Assembly (NCBI GenBank): GCA_043814315.1
Contig: JBDRKE010000016.1
Location: 1 to 61,104, forward strand
Length of the DNA: 61,104 nucleotides
Source: Candidatus Omnitrophota bacterium
Lineage (GTDB): Bacteria; Omnitrophota; Gorgyraeia; Gygaellales; Profunditerraquicolaceae
Direction of reading: 5' to 3'
Shown one piece after another: positions 28,320 to 37,865 of this stretch; position 1 is the first letter of the stretch; the number at the start of each line of letters is the position of its first letter. The translations under genes were made by a program, and so were the position numbers. The notes beneath the pieces are model-generated. The model was not told the origin of the DNA. It saw only the letters and a list, made by a program, of their open reading frames with translations, and ran no database searches.

Positions 28320-28397
28320 CTTTGGCCTCTTGCCATTATGCTCCAGCTACTTTTTCTATCAATAAAACCATCAGCGCCCAGTCTGGATAGTTCATTT

Positions 28398-29360
28398 TTA
28401 TTCAATAGGAATGATTATCTTTTGCCCTACTCTCAGCCTATTGGGGTCTTTTATCCTATCCCTGTTAAGCTCATAGAGGTACTTCCAGCGGTAGGCCTTA
28501 CCTAGATGCTCTTGGGCAATTTGAGAAAGCGTGTCTCCTTTACGGATAACATATTCCTTGGTGGAAACCCGGACTTGAGATTCCACTTCCTCTTCCTTTT
28601 CTATCAGGAATTTACCTTCCTCAATAGGCGTTGCTTCTGCTTCTTTGGGTTCTCCCGGATAAGGAAGCATGACTTCTTCAACCTCAGCAATCATAAACTG
28701 GGCATTCCTATCCTTCTGCATTCCTACGATATCGCTGATAGGCGCAATAGCATCAAGCTTTCCGCGGCTGACGATTCTGATACGGTCTTCACCGATGCCG
28801 CTCTCCAGCATAAACTTTTTTACGGAATCCGCGCGCCACGTGCCTAATTTTTCATTGTAGATTTCCGAGCCGCGGCGATCGCAATTGCCGGTGATAAGAA
28901 TGCTGGCCTCAGGGTTTCTCTTTAATGTTCCGATAGCCTCTCTTAGCAAGAGCCGGGCATCTTCGCGTAAATGCGCTTTATCATAATCAAAATAAACCTT
29001 CACGTTTTTGAGTATTTTTCTGATAAGAAGAGAGGGCCTTAACTCTTGCGGCTTTGGCGCGGGAAGTTCCTCTTCTTTATAGTCAAAGATAATCTTATAG
29101 ACATAGACGTAGCCGCGATTTCCCCAGGGCCTTGCCTTTCCCGGCTCTGTCGGCCACCACCAGTATCCGCCGCGCTCGGTATCCTTGACAGGGCCGGGCT
29201 TGGCATCGCTGGGCCACCATGAAAATCGTTTCTGTAGTTCTTTCAATTCTTCTTTTCTTCTTTGTTCTCTTATGTCAGAGGCATAAGTCAAGCCCTGTAA
29301 TAGAAACAGGGTGATGAATAGACATAAAGGAATTTTTTTAAACAATCTTTTCATTCTCAT
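28398..29360 (-). CDS. OmpA-family peptidoglycan-associated protein with a C-terminal LysM domain
   Basis: Signal peptide; OmpA_C segment (VYFDYDKAHL...GNCDRRGSEIYNEKLGTWRADSV); LysM segment (YVIRKGDTLSQIAQ...VGQKIIIP). Confidence 0.8.
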   Translation of the reverse strand: MRMKRLFKKIPLCLFITLFLLQGLTYASDIREQRRKEELKELQKRFSWWPSDAKPGPVKDTERGGYWWWPTEPGKARPWGNRGYVYVYKIIFDYKEEELPAPKPQELRPSLLIRKILKNVKVYFDYDKAHLREDARLLLREAIGTLKRNPEASILITGNCDRRGSEIYNEKLGTWRADSVKKFMLESGIGEDRIRIVSRGKLDAIAPISDIVGMQKDRNAQFMIAEVEEVMLPYPGEPKEAEATPIEEGKFLIEKEEEVESQVRVSTKEYVIRKGDTLSQIAQEHLGKAYRWKYLYELNRDRIKDPNRLRVGQKIIIPIE

Positions 29361-29433
29361 TTTTTTGTCCTTTCATTTCCTTGATACAATTACAAAAGGT
29401 TTTCCTAGAATGAAAGCATTCCATAATAAAATA

Positions 29434-29449
29434 AGCAAGTCTTATGCCA
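29434..29449 (-). promoter_or_regulatory. Sigma-54 (-24/-12) promoter upstream of the OmpA-LysM gene
   Basis: Minus strand TTGGCATAAGACTTGCTT, that is TGGCAT-N5-TTGCT against consensus TGGCAC-N5-TTGCW. About 75-90 nt upstream of the ATG at 29360. Confidence 0.65.
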
Positions 29450-29586
29450 AATTGAATAAAAAGGTAATAAAAAGTTATAACTTATTATAAATAGGCAGGT
29501 TGCGAAGTAAGAAATATTTCTGTGTCAGGGGGGCTTGGGATGTCAAATTGTAAAGTTATTTTACAGAATGGAAACAGATTTTCCTG

Positions 29587-31011
29587 TCAGGCTTCCTTGA
29601 TATGAGTCTTCATCTCTATACCTAACTTTTCTATTTTATCTTTTAAGGTGGGGCGGCTAATCCCTAAGAATCTTGCTGCCTGGCTCTGATTTCCCTGAGT
29701 CTGACGGAGCACTTCCATAATTAAAGTTCTCTCTGTCATCTCGATCACATCGGCATATAAAGAATGGCTGTCGCTGGCGTGCGCCCGGCCAATGGTTTTG
29801 CTTAATAAACTCTGAAGCTGTTCCTTAAGATCCAGAATCTTAACTGCCGTTTCTTCTTTAACCAGGACGTCTTCGGGAAGAATAACATGGCCTTTTCCTA
29901 AAAGAAGTGCTTTTTTGATGACATTTTCTAATTCCCGCACATTGCCGGGCCAGTCATAATTTTGCAGTGTCTTTAAGGCCTCTGACGAGAGTTTCTTGAC
30001 TCCCGTCTTTAGTAGTTCTTTATTGCATCTATTTATAAAATATTCTGCCAAAAGCGCAATATCCTCTTTACGCTCTCTTAAAGGAGGCAAACGCAGAGCT
30101 ACCACGTTGAGCCTATAATATAAATCCTCGCGGAACTTCCCTTCCTTGAGGAGCTTTTCCAAATCTTTATTCGTTGCGGTAAGCAAACGCACGTCTACTG
30201 TTATGGTCTTATTGCTGCCTAACCTCTCAAAGGATTTGTTTTCGAGAACCCGCAGGAGTTTTGTCTGGATGGCATGCGGCATATCGCCGATCTCATCCAG
30301 AAATAATGTGCCGCCGTTACATTGCTCAAGCTTGCCTATCCGGCGTTCCCGGGCATCCGTAAAAGCGCCTCTTTCGTAACCAAAGAGCTCGCTCTCAAGG
30401 AGGGTCTCGGGAATCGCCGCTGAATTTATCACCAGAAAGGGCTTATGTTTCCTGTGGGAATGATGATAAATGGCCCGTGCTACCAATTCTTTTCCCGTGC
30501 CGCTTTCGCCTCTTAAGAACACTGTCGTATCTGAAGCTGCCACTTGCCCTATGAGTTTATAAATCTCCTGCATTCTGCAAGATGAACCGATAATCCTATC
30601 CCCCTTGAACTCAGGCCTCGGTTTAAAATCAACTTCGGTTTTCATCAAACGGGATGTCTCGAGTGCTTTTTCGATAAGTTTTTTCATCCGAGGCACGTCA
30701 AAAGGTTTTATCACATAGTCGTAAGCGCCTAATTGCATGGCCTCAATCGCCCTCTCCGTCGTTGCGTAAGCCGTCATAATAATAATCGGCAATTTCGCAT
30801 CCAAGGCTTTAAATCCCGAGAGCGCCTCAAGGCCGCTCATGCCGGGCATTTTGATATCCATAATGAGGAGGTCGACGCAAGAGCCTTGGGCCAAAGCTAA
30901 TCCATCTTCGGCGTTACTTGCGGTGAGAATCCGATAGTCCTCCTGAGACAGTATCTTTACAAAAGATGAAATGACATTCTTTTCGTCATCCACAACAAGA
31001 ATAGTGCTCAT
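29587..31011 (-). CDS. Sigma-54-dependent response regulator (NtrC family)
   Basis: Receiver domain (DLLIMDIKMPGMSG); AAA+ Walker A GESGTGKE; GAFTDA loop; ESELFGY; C-terminal Fis-type HTH. Confidence 0.9.
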   Translation of the reverse strand: MSTILVVDDEKNVISSFVKILSQEDYRILTASNAEDGLALAQGSCVDLLIMDIKMPGMSGLEALSGFKALDAKLPIIIMTAYATTERAIEAMQLGAYDYVIKPFDVPRMKKLIEKALETSRLMKTEVDFKPRPEFKGDRIIGSSCRMQEIYKLIGQVAASDTTVFLRGESGTGKELVARAIYHHSHRKHKPFLVINSAAIPETLLESELFGYERGAFTDARERRIGKLEQCNGGTLFLDEIGDMPHAIQTKLLRVLENKSFERLGSNKTITVDVRLLTATNKDLEKLLKEGKFREDLYYRLNVVALRLPPLRERKEDIALLAEYFINRCNKELLKTGVKKLSSEALKTLQNYDWPGNVRELENVIKKALLLGKGHVILPEDVLVKEETAVKILDLKEQLQSLLSKTIGRAHASDSHSLYADVIEMTERTLIMEVLRQTQGNQSQAARFLGISRPTLKDKIEKLGIEMKTHIKEA

Positions 31012-31038
31012 TTTTTCATCCTGTCTTTTTGCCTCTGG

Positions 31039-32355
31039 CTAAATGTTAAAAGGGAGTTTGACCATAACCACGGTTCCTTTGCCTAGGCGGCTGTGCACTT
31101 CGATAGTTCCATGGTGCAACTGGACTATTCTGGAGGCAATAAATAATCCCAGGCCGATTCCTTCGGCCTTAGTCGTAAAAAAAGGCTCAAACAACCTTTT
31201 CTTGAATTCCGGCGATATACCTATGCCTGCATCTTTTATCCCGATTTGAAAAACACCTTTTAATTTCTTTCCGCTGGCATCCTGAGTCATAACCTCCAAA
31301 ACTCCTCCCTCAGGCATAGCCTCGATGGCATTAAGCATAATATTTAAGAATAACTGCTGCATCTGTTCCCTGTCAACATTGAGCTGAGCCTGTGAAGCAC
31401 GAAAATTATTTTCGATCTTTACGTTCTGCGCGTTTGCTTTAAGCGACAACAGTGTCGTGGTGCGCTCCAGGATAAGATGTATATCGCTTTTTTGCAGGCT
31501 TGGTTCCGGGAGACGGGCAAAATCGAGAAAATTCTTTACTGTTTTCTCCATCCTGTTGATTTCTTCGTTTATAATACTGATGTCCTCTTTAATCAAAGGG
31601 CTGTGTTTAAGTTCTTCTTCCAGTGTGTAGAGGCGCATTTTGATGGAAGTCAAAGGGTTTCTGATTTCATGCGCCACGTTTGCCGAAAGCTGGCCCAGGG
31701 TAGCCATTTTGGCGGAACGAATCAACTGCTCATTGATCTTCTTGGACATTAAAAGCCCCATCAATCCACCGAGGCACAAAGTGGCTACAACCGTTATCCA
31801 GATCATAGCCGTCATCCCAGCGGCATTTCTCTGAGAGAATGCCTCGGCCTTACTAATGATAAATTCATTTTCTAGAATCAGATCCTCGCACTTCTGATAT
31901 AACGCATCGATACTTTTTCTCACATCATTCAAAAGAAGGGTTTGGGCCTCCAGTGGATTGCCGGACTGATATAGCCTTACGGCTCTATTGCGCTGGCTAT
32001 CATAGATCTTATACGTAATCCCGATTTCCTGTAAAATCGTTTTTTCAGCGGAAGTTAGCGCGACATCCGAAGCTTTAGCGAACCATTCGTCAAAGTCTTT
32101 TTTTCTCTCTTCCAGCGTCTTAAGCCAAGACAGGTTGCCGTCTAAAAAATAACTCGCCACAATGCCTTTTTGATTCAGCAGGGCCAATTCCAGCTCTTCT
32201 GCCGCTTTGAGGCTGGAAACATTCTCTTTCATGATGGCACGAGAAACCTTTTGTAAATTTTTTGTAGTTATAAACGCAAGGTACCCTACAAGAACGGACA
32301 GGGCCGCCAGAAAAAGGAACGCAAAAATAATACGATGGCCAAACGATATTTTCAT
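31039..32355 (-). CDS. Sensor histidine kinase with a periplasmic helical sensor domain
   Basis: Two TM helices flanking a roughly 150-aa helical domain; H-box HEIRNPL; N and G boxes (GIGLGL). Confidence 0.85.
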   Translation of the reverse strand: MKISFGHRIIFAFLFLAALSVLVGYLAFITTKNLQKVSRAIMKENVSSLKAAEELELALLNQKGIVASYFLDGNLSWLKTLEERKKDFDEWFAKASDVALTSAEKTILQEIGITYKIYDSQRNRAVRLYQSGNPLEAQTLLLNDVRKSIDALYQKCEDLILENEFIISKAEAFSQRNAAGMTAMIWITVVATLCLGGLMGLLMSKKINEQLIRSAKMATLGQLSANVAHEIRNPLTSIKMRLYTLEEELKHSPLIKEDISIINEEINRMEKTVKNFLDFARLPEPSLQKSDIHLILERTTTLLSLKANAQNVKIENNFRASQAQLNVDREQMQQLFLNIMLNAIEAMPEGGVLEVMTQDASGKKLKGVFQIGIKDAGIGISPEFKKRLFEPFFTTKAEGIGLGLFIASRIVQLHHGTIEVHSRLGKGTVVMVKLPFNI

Positions 32356-34037
32356 CCTGTTTCCATCTGCTTCTGCAGTTCCATGATTCTAGTTGACACT
32401 ATCTTGTCCAATATTCTTCTTTCAATAAAACCGGTGATTTCGTTAGTTTGCGAGACTACGGGAAGGCATTCTAAATGATATGTGTCTAAAATCTTTTGCG
32501 CCTTTAGAAGCATAGTGTCCTCAAAAACCGTAGCCGCCACGGGCTCTTTGAGGTCGACAGCTAAAATCAAGTCTTTGAGCTCTTTTTCCATCAATATGTT
32601 CTTGAGACTATCGATGCTTATGATGCCGGACAATTTTTTATCATCAGTCACCACAGGATAATAGAGATTAGGCGTCTGGCTGAACAAAACCAGTATTTCA
32701 TCGAGGGGCGTATTATCTTTTATCAACGGCGGATTTCTATCCATGACTTCTTTCACCTGGGTCTTCTGGAGATAGTCTTCTTCTGTAATATTCATCCCCA
32801 CTTCACCGGCTCTGGTGACCGCTAACTTTACAAAAGGCGGGCCCATCAGCTCAAGAACAAAAACCGTTGCCGTAATAATGATGACTATGGTATTGCCAAT
32901 CACGCCGGGAAAATTGTGGCTTGCCAAAATAGACAAACCGATGGCCACCCCGGCCTGGCTGAAGAGACATAACGGTAAATATTTCCTGACGGAATCCTGG
33001 GCACCGGCTATTCTGGCCCCAAGAGTAGCTCCGAACATCTTTCCGGCACTTCTCCCAAACAGATACACAAGGACTAACAGCATGATGGGAAGGGTCATGT
33101 AGCTTATATTTAATTCGGCCCCGACAAGAACAAAAAATAAAATATAGATGGGGGGCGTAAAGCCCGCGAGCAGCCTAAAGGTCTCCTGGCTTTTCTGCGG
33201 GGTGACATTTGCCGTAATAGCCCCCAGCGTCATAACGGCTAAGAGCATATCCGCGTTAATCGCCAATGCAAATCCGCAAACAAGCAATACCGCTCCCAAC
33301 GAAAAAACAAGTATCCTCTCTTTCTCAGAATATTTTTTTAGGAAATAATTGAGGACTAACCCCGATAGGATTCCTATAATTATAGATATGCCGATTTCAT
33401 ATAAAGGGTGGATAAATGTTCTTAGGGAATTTTGTGCGCTATTGCCGCTTAGGCTTCCGGCGATACTGAAAGCTACCGCAAAAAGTAAAAGCGCCAATCC
33501 ATCGTCCATGGCGACAATTCCTAAAACGGTTCTCGTTAAAGGCCCTCTTGTCTTATACTCCCGAAGGACTTCCGTAGTTGCGGCCGGAGCCGTGGCTGAT
33601 GAAATTGCGCCTAACAATAACCCCAGTGACCAGCCCATCCTCCAGTCTTTGAAAAACAGGGTTCCTATTAAACCTACAAGCACCGAAACAAAAATGAAGG
33701 CGGCCAGGCCTTCAAACAGTAAAATATATATAAACTGTTTCCCGTATTTAGCTAAAACATCTTTCTTGAGCTCTCCCCCGATCATGAATCCGATCAACCC
33801 TAAAGCAAAATAGCTGAAAGGCTGGAGCGTTTTCACTATATCGTGGTTGACAATTTTAAATCCGGATTCGCCGATTAAGATTCCTATAGCCATGTAACCG
33901 ACTACCTGGGGAATCCGCAACTTCTGAAAAATGCGCCCGCCTATGGTCCCCCCGAATAAAGCCAATCCGAGGAGAAACAATATATTCAAATGAAGAACAG
34001 ATATTTTACTCAAAATATCATTTAACGGCGCAAACAC
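32352..34037 (-). CDS. CPA2/Kef-type cation:proton antiporter with a C-terminal CBS pair
   Basis: A membrane domain of about 390 aa typical of Na+/H+ exchanger families, followed by two CBS-like repeats. Confidence 0.8.
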   Translation of the reverse strand: MFAPLNDILSKISVLHLNILFLLGLALFGGTIGGRIFQKLRIPQVVGYMAIGILIGESGFKIVNHDIVKTLQPFSYFALGLIGFMIGGELKKDVLAKYGKQFIYILLFEGLAAFIFVSVLVGLIGTLFFKDWRMGWSLGLLLGAISSATAPAATTEVLREYKTRGPLTRTVLGIVAMDDGLALLLFAVAFSIAGSLSGNSAQNSLRTFIHPLYEIGISIIIGILSGLVLNYFLKKYSEKERILVFSLGAVLLVCGFALAINADMLLAVMTLGAITANVTPQKSQETFRLLAGFTPPIYILFFVLVGAELNISYMTLPIMLLVLVYLFGRSAGKMFGATLGARIAGAQDSVRKYLPLCLFSQAGVAIGLSILASHNFPGVIGNTIVIIITATVFVLELMGPPFVKLAVTRAGEVGMNITEEDYLQKTQVKEVMDRNPPLIKDNTPLDEILVLFSQTPNLYYPVVTDDKKLSGIISIDSLKNILMEKELKDLILAVDLKEPVAATVFEDTMLLKAQKILDTYHLECLPVVSQTNEITGFIERRILDKIVSTRIMELQKQMETG

Positions 34038-34046
34038 AATTTCCTC

Positions 34047-34448
34047 CTAAAAAGAATAAGCAGGCCTTAATTCCCAAGAACACAGGCCCTGATTATGATC
34101 GAACTCCAGGGATATCATATCGCTGGAAAAGAACCAGGTGGGGTGACGATAAAGACAGGCCTCCTGCAAAACGCCTTTATCGTCGGCACTCTTACAATAA
34201 AGGGGCTCTCCGTAAATCAATAAGGCCTCTGCTTTCGGCATTCCCTTTGCCAATCTTTGATTTTGAATATCACTTTTTAATTTCAAGAAAAGTTCTTCCT
34301 GCTGATTTACATATTTTTCAAGTTGGCGCTGCTCATTCCCTAAACTCTTTAGGGCCGTTATTTGTTCCCTATGCGTTATAAGAGCGCATCCGGAAAAAAT
34401 TAGCGTCCAACCCATTAAAGCCGTAAGTTTAATCAACTCCTTACGCAT
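34047..34448 (-). CDS. Hypothetical lipoprotein
   Basis: Lipobox IFSGC. No family recognised. Confidence 0.5.
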   Translation of the reverse strand: MRKELIKLTALMGWTLIFSGCALITHREQITALKSLGNEQRQLEKYVNQQEELFLKLKSDIQNQRLAKGMPKAEALLIYGEPLYCKSADDKGVLQEACLYRHPTWFFSSDMISLEFDHNQGLCSWELRPAYSF

Positions 34449-34562
34449 CGAGATGCCTCCTTTATTTTCGAACTTAATTTACTGCTCAAGGGCCTATCTG
34501 CACATTTCTTAACGGTTCCTGTTATTTCTCTTATTAAATTCTAAACTGGCCAATTGAGGACA

Positions 34563-35612
34563 TTAGGATTCTGGATTTTGCCTGCTTGCTGTTTTGGAAT
34601 TTGGAATTTGAGATTTGGGATTTAGCAACCCTACCCCTAACAGAATAGCGGATTCTTGCCCGGATGTCAATAAACGAAGCAACGCTTGGACTCTTCCCTT
34701 GAAAATATCACGCGATAACTCCAGTTCACAGCCTATGTCGCGATTTAATTTACTGCGTAATTTAAATGACACCGTACCCTTATCCGTAAGTTTGGCCTCT
34801 GCGCCCAGGACAATCGCCTGGATCCTTCCTCCGCCTCGTTCTACTTCAAATATTAAGGTTTTTGCTTTATGAATCCTCCATCTGCCAAAGAACGTAATGG
34901 CACGTTTCACAGGTGCCTTTCTTCGCGACAGGCCTATGCCCAGCTCATATTTTATGCTACGCTCTCTAAATACACCCAGGCTGGTTTTAAAATCAAAAGC
35001 AGAAGAGGTATTTTTATCAATACTATACGATAACCTGGCTTTATCCCGAATATCCCAGCAACCTTGAAAGGCTAAGGTATGGGTCTTTTTACGGTCGCGC
35101 GCAAGATTCTTTTTCTGATAGCGATAAATAATCTGATAGTTCTTATCTATTTGCCACGAACCATCAAAGGTCAGAACATCAAAGCCCTGTCGCTCTTTTT
35201 CGACTTGAAAGGCCAGGCGGTTGCGTTCGTCTGCCTGCCACGTGCCGGCAAGTTCCAGGATATACAAAGATGAGGAACCGTTCTTTGTGCGGGCCCCTAC
35301 CCCAAAAACAAGAGAGTTTTTCTTAGCATCGATGAATTCTGTGCGGATAGTGAGTTGATCCCCAAAAGTCTGCCTCCTCCATTTATCCAGAGTCAAACGT
35401 AAGTCATAATCTGGAGTTAACGACCATGTTCCCTTTAATTTTATCTGATGGGGTGCCTGGCTATCCCTGGGAAGAGCAGTTTTAACATGGTAGGTTAACG
35501 TATTATGGGAAGAAATCCTGAACTGGCCGTCGTAAACCTTCCTCAATCCCCGCAGTTGAGAGTTGGCTACCAGCCTGTTGTGAGGATCAATCTCGTATCT
35601 TACTTTTCCCAT
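34563..35612 (-). CDS. Hypothetical repeat protein (five or more units of about 45 aa with a GxW...L.F core); no signal peptide
   Basis: Recurring units LKGTWSLTPDYDLRLTL, LAGTWQADERNRLAFQV, FDGSWQIDKNYQIIYRY, FQGCWDIRDKARLSYSI and FFGRWRIHKAKTLIFEV. The last 20 or so codons are read out of a CCAAAT word repeat. Confidence 0.5.
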   Translation of the reverse strand: MGKVRYEIDPHNRLVANSQLRGLRKVYDGQFRISSHNTLTYHVKTALPRDSQAPHQIKLKGTWSLTPDYDLRLTLDKWRRQTFGDQLTIRTEFIDAKKNSLVFGVGARTKNGSSSLYILELAGTWQADERNRLAFQVEKERQGFDVLTFDGSWQIDKNYQIIYRYQKKNLARDRKKTHTLAFQGCWDIRDKARLSYSIDKNTSSAFDFKTSLGVFRERSIKYELGIGLSRRKAPVKRAITFFGRWRIHKAKTLIFEVERGGGRIQAIVLGAEAKLTDKGTVSFKLRSKLNRDIGCELELSRDIFKGRVQALLRLLTSGQESAILLGVGLLNPKSQIPNSKTASRQNPES

Positions 35613-35617
35613 TCATC

Positions 35618-37576
35618 CTATTCGTACCTTAGGGCTTCGATGGGGTCAAGGCGCGAGGCCTGCTTGGCAGGCCACAGGCCAAAAATCATCCCGACCAGCA
35701 TAGAAAAGGTGGTGGCAAGAATCAGGGAAAATGCGGATATCTTGATGGCCCAGCCGGCAAAAAAAGTTATTAAGAGAGAACTCCCCGCGCCCAACGCAAC
35801 CCCGCCCAATCCTCCCAGAAGAGACATCAGCACCGACTCAATCAGAAACTGAATCATAATATCCTGCCTGTTCGCGCCAATGGCCTTACGCAGGCCTATC
35901 TCGCGCGTGCGCTCCGTGACCGAAACCAGCATGATATTCATGATGCCTATGCCGCCGACTAAAAGCGAAATCGCCGCAATCGCTCCCAATAAAACGGACA
36001 TCGTCTTGGTGGTGGATTCGAGGGTCTCGCGAATATCGGCCATGTTACGGATCTGAAAGGAATCTTCCTGTTCCTTGTTCAGCCGGTGCTGTTTGATGAT
36101 AAATTTTGTAATGGATTCTGTCAGGGGCTCAAGAGACTGTGAATCCATGGCCTCCACATAAAGGGAGTCCAGATAATCCTTACCCAAGACCCGGTACATA
36201 GCCGTAGTCACCGGAATTAACAGTATGTCATCCTGGTCGTGAAACGTAGAAGCACCCTTAGAAGGCAATACGCCTATCACCTCAAAATTGATCAGGTTGA
36301 TCTTTATGGTCTCACCCACCGGGCTCTCATCGCCAAACAGTTCGCGCGCCACCGTCGGGCCCAGCAGGGCTACCTTCTCCCGCATTTTAACTTCATAGTC
36401 CGTAAAAAACCTGCCCACCGCCGGCTCAGAGGCGCGCATCGACGCATAAGCCACATCCACTCCTTCAAGCTGCGTATTCCAGTTTTTATTGGCGTAGACC
36501 ACCTGCGCCCTTCCTCTTACGGAAGCGCTCACCGCTTTTGTTAAAGGGAGCCTGTTGATAGCCTCTGCATCCTGAAAGGTAAAGCGCGTTACCGCCCCTG
36601 CCTCTAAAGCCACTCCGTGGACTCTGGAAGAACCCGGACGGACCATGAGCAGATTAGAACCTAAAGAAGCCAGCTGCGCCTCAATGGAGGCCTTGGCTCC
36701 TTCTCCGACGGCCAGCATCGCAATAACCGCAGCGACTCCGATAAGTATTCCTAAAATAGACAATACCGAACGCATCTTATGGGAAATCATGGCAAAGCCT
36801 GCTTCCCGAACGTAATCCAAAAACTTGGCTTTTTCGATCTTCTTGGATTGTTTGGATAAAAAACCATTTACCGAGCCGGCACAGGAAACGTCCGAGCCTA
36901 CCTTAGCTGAAACACTCTCGTCCGAAATTATCCTGCCGTCCCGCATGGAGATAACACGCTGAGCCTGGTCAGCGATTTCTTTCTCATGGGTCACGACAAT
37001 AACGGTTTTTCCTTCCTGATTCAGGCGCTTAAGAATTGATAGAATTTCATCTTTGCTCCTGGAATCAAGATTGCCCGTGGGTTCATCCGCTAATAGGATC
37101 GGCGGCTCATTCACCAAAGCCCGCGCAATAGCCACCCGCTGCTGCTGGCCTCCGGAAAGCTCATTGGGCCGATGCGAAATTCTATCGGCAAGGCCCACCA
37201 GTTTGATTTTCTCGCGGGCCTTTTCTTTGAGATGCCGCTTCCCGGCATAAATCAGGGGCAACTCGGCATTTTCCAAAGCTGTCAACCTCGGCAGGAGATG
37301 AAACTGCTGAAAGATAAAACCAATCAGCCTGTTTCTGATAACCGCCAGCTCTTCATCGGATAAGGCCGTCAGTTCCCTGCCTTCAAAAAAATAAGCCCCT
37401 TTATCCGGACGGTCTAAGAGACCCAAAACATGCATCAGGGTGGATTTGCCTGAGCCGGAAGGGCCCCTAATCGCCACGAATTCTCCGTTGCAAATCTTTA
37501 AAGAAACGTCCTGAAGGGCCCTGACCTCCACTTTACCCATCTGGTATGTCTTGGATATATTCTTTAGCTCTATCAT
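35618..37576 (-). CDS. macB: MacB-type fused ABC ATPase / FtsX-permease exporter
   Basis: Walker [10 protein letters not shown], signature [15 protein letters not shown], four-TM FtsX-type domain with a large periplasmic loop. Confidence 0.9.
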   Translation of the reverse strand: MIELKNISKTYQMGKVEVRALQDVSLKICNGEFVAIRGPSGSGKSTLMHVLGLLDRPDKGAYFFEGRELTALSDEELAVIRNRLIGFIFQQFHLLPRLTALENAELPLIYAGKRHLKEKAREKIKLVGLADRISHRPNELSGGQQQRVAIARALVNEPPILLADEPTGNLDSRSKDEILSILKRLNQEGKTVIVVTHEKEIADQAQRVISMRDGRIISDESVSAKVGSDVSCAGSVNGFLSKQSKKIEKAKFLDYVREAGFAMISHKMRSVLSILGILIGVAAVIAMLAVGEGAKASIEAQLASLGSNLLMVRPGSSRVHGVALEAGAVTRFTFQDAEAINRLPLTKAVSASVRGRAQVVYANKNWNTQLEGVDVAYASMRASEPAVGRFFTDYEVKMREKVALLGPTVARELFGDESPVGETIKINLINFEVIGVLPSKGASTFHDQDDILLIPVTTAMYRVLGKDYLDSLYVEAMDSQSLEPLTESITKFIIKQHRLNKEQEDSFQIRNMADIRETLESTTKTMSVLLGAIAAISLLVGGIGIMNIMLVSVTERTREIGLRKAIGANRQDIMIQFLIESVLMSLLGGLGGVALGAGSSLLITFFAGWAIKISAFSLILATTFSMLVGMIFGLWPAKQASRLDPIEALRYE

Positions 37577-37635
37577 CTGTAACGGTTTTTCTTCAACTTA
37601 CTAGGCGAAATTGCTGGGTTACGGTTACAATACTT

Positions 37636-37827
37636 ATCATATTATCTGTGTAATGTGTAAAGTGGAATGTGGAATGTTGGTGTAATGTTTTATTGTGTAA
37701 TGATAAGGCACAACGCTAAGAATAATCTGCCAGGCATATGGCAAATGACGCATTGAATCCTTTCCATTACACATAGTTACATTCCACCCGCATTACACAT
37801 GACACATTCAACATTACACAGAAAATC
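37636..37827. repeat. 192-bp structured repeat element, copy 2 (family A)
   Basis: Full-length alignment with 11725-11916. Lies between the adaptor gene and macB. Confidence 0.85.
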
Positions 37828-37865
37828 GCATCAATGAACTTAAGTTTTAGCCGTTACCAAAAAGA

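Noticed and set aside
28331-28345. TGGAGCATAATGGCA upstream of the 2x PG_binding gene as a second sigma-54 promoter
   Set aside because: The GG-to-GC spacing is one nucleotide short and the site is only about 10 nt from the start codon.
33349-33813. 154-aa plus-strand ORF inside the Kef-type antiporter gene (similar cases at 40931-41392, 55971-56429 and 57404-58222)
   Set aside because: These are antisense shadows of well-supported minus-strand genes, with no independent signals.
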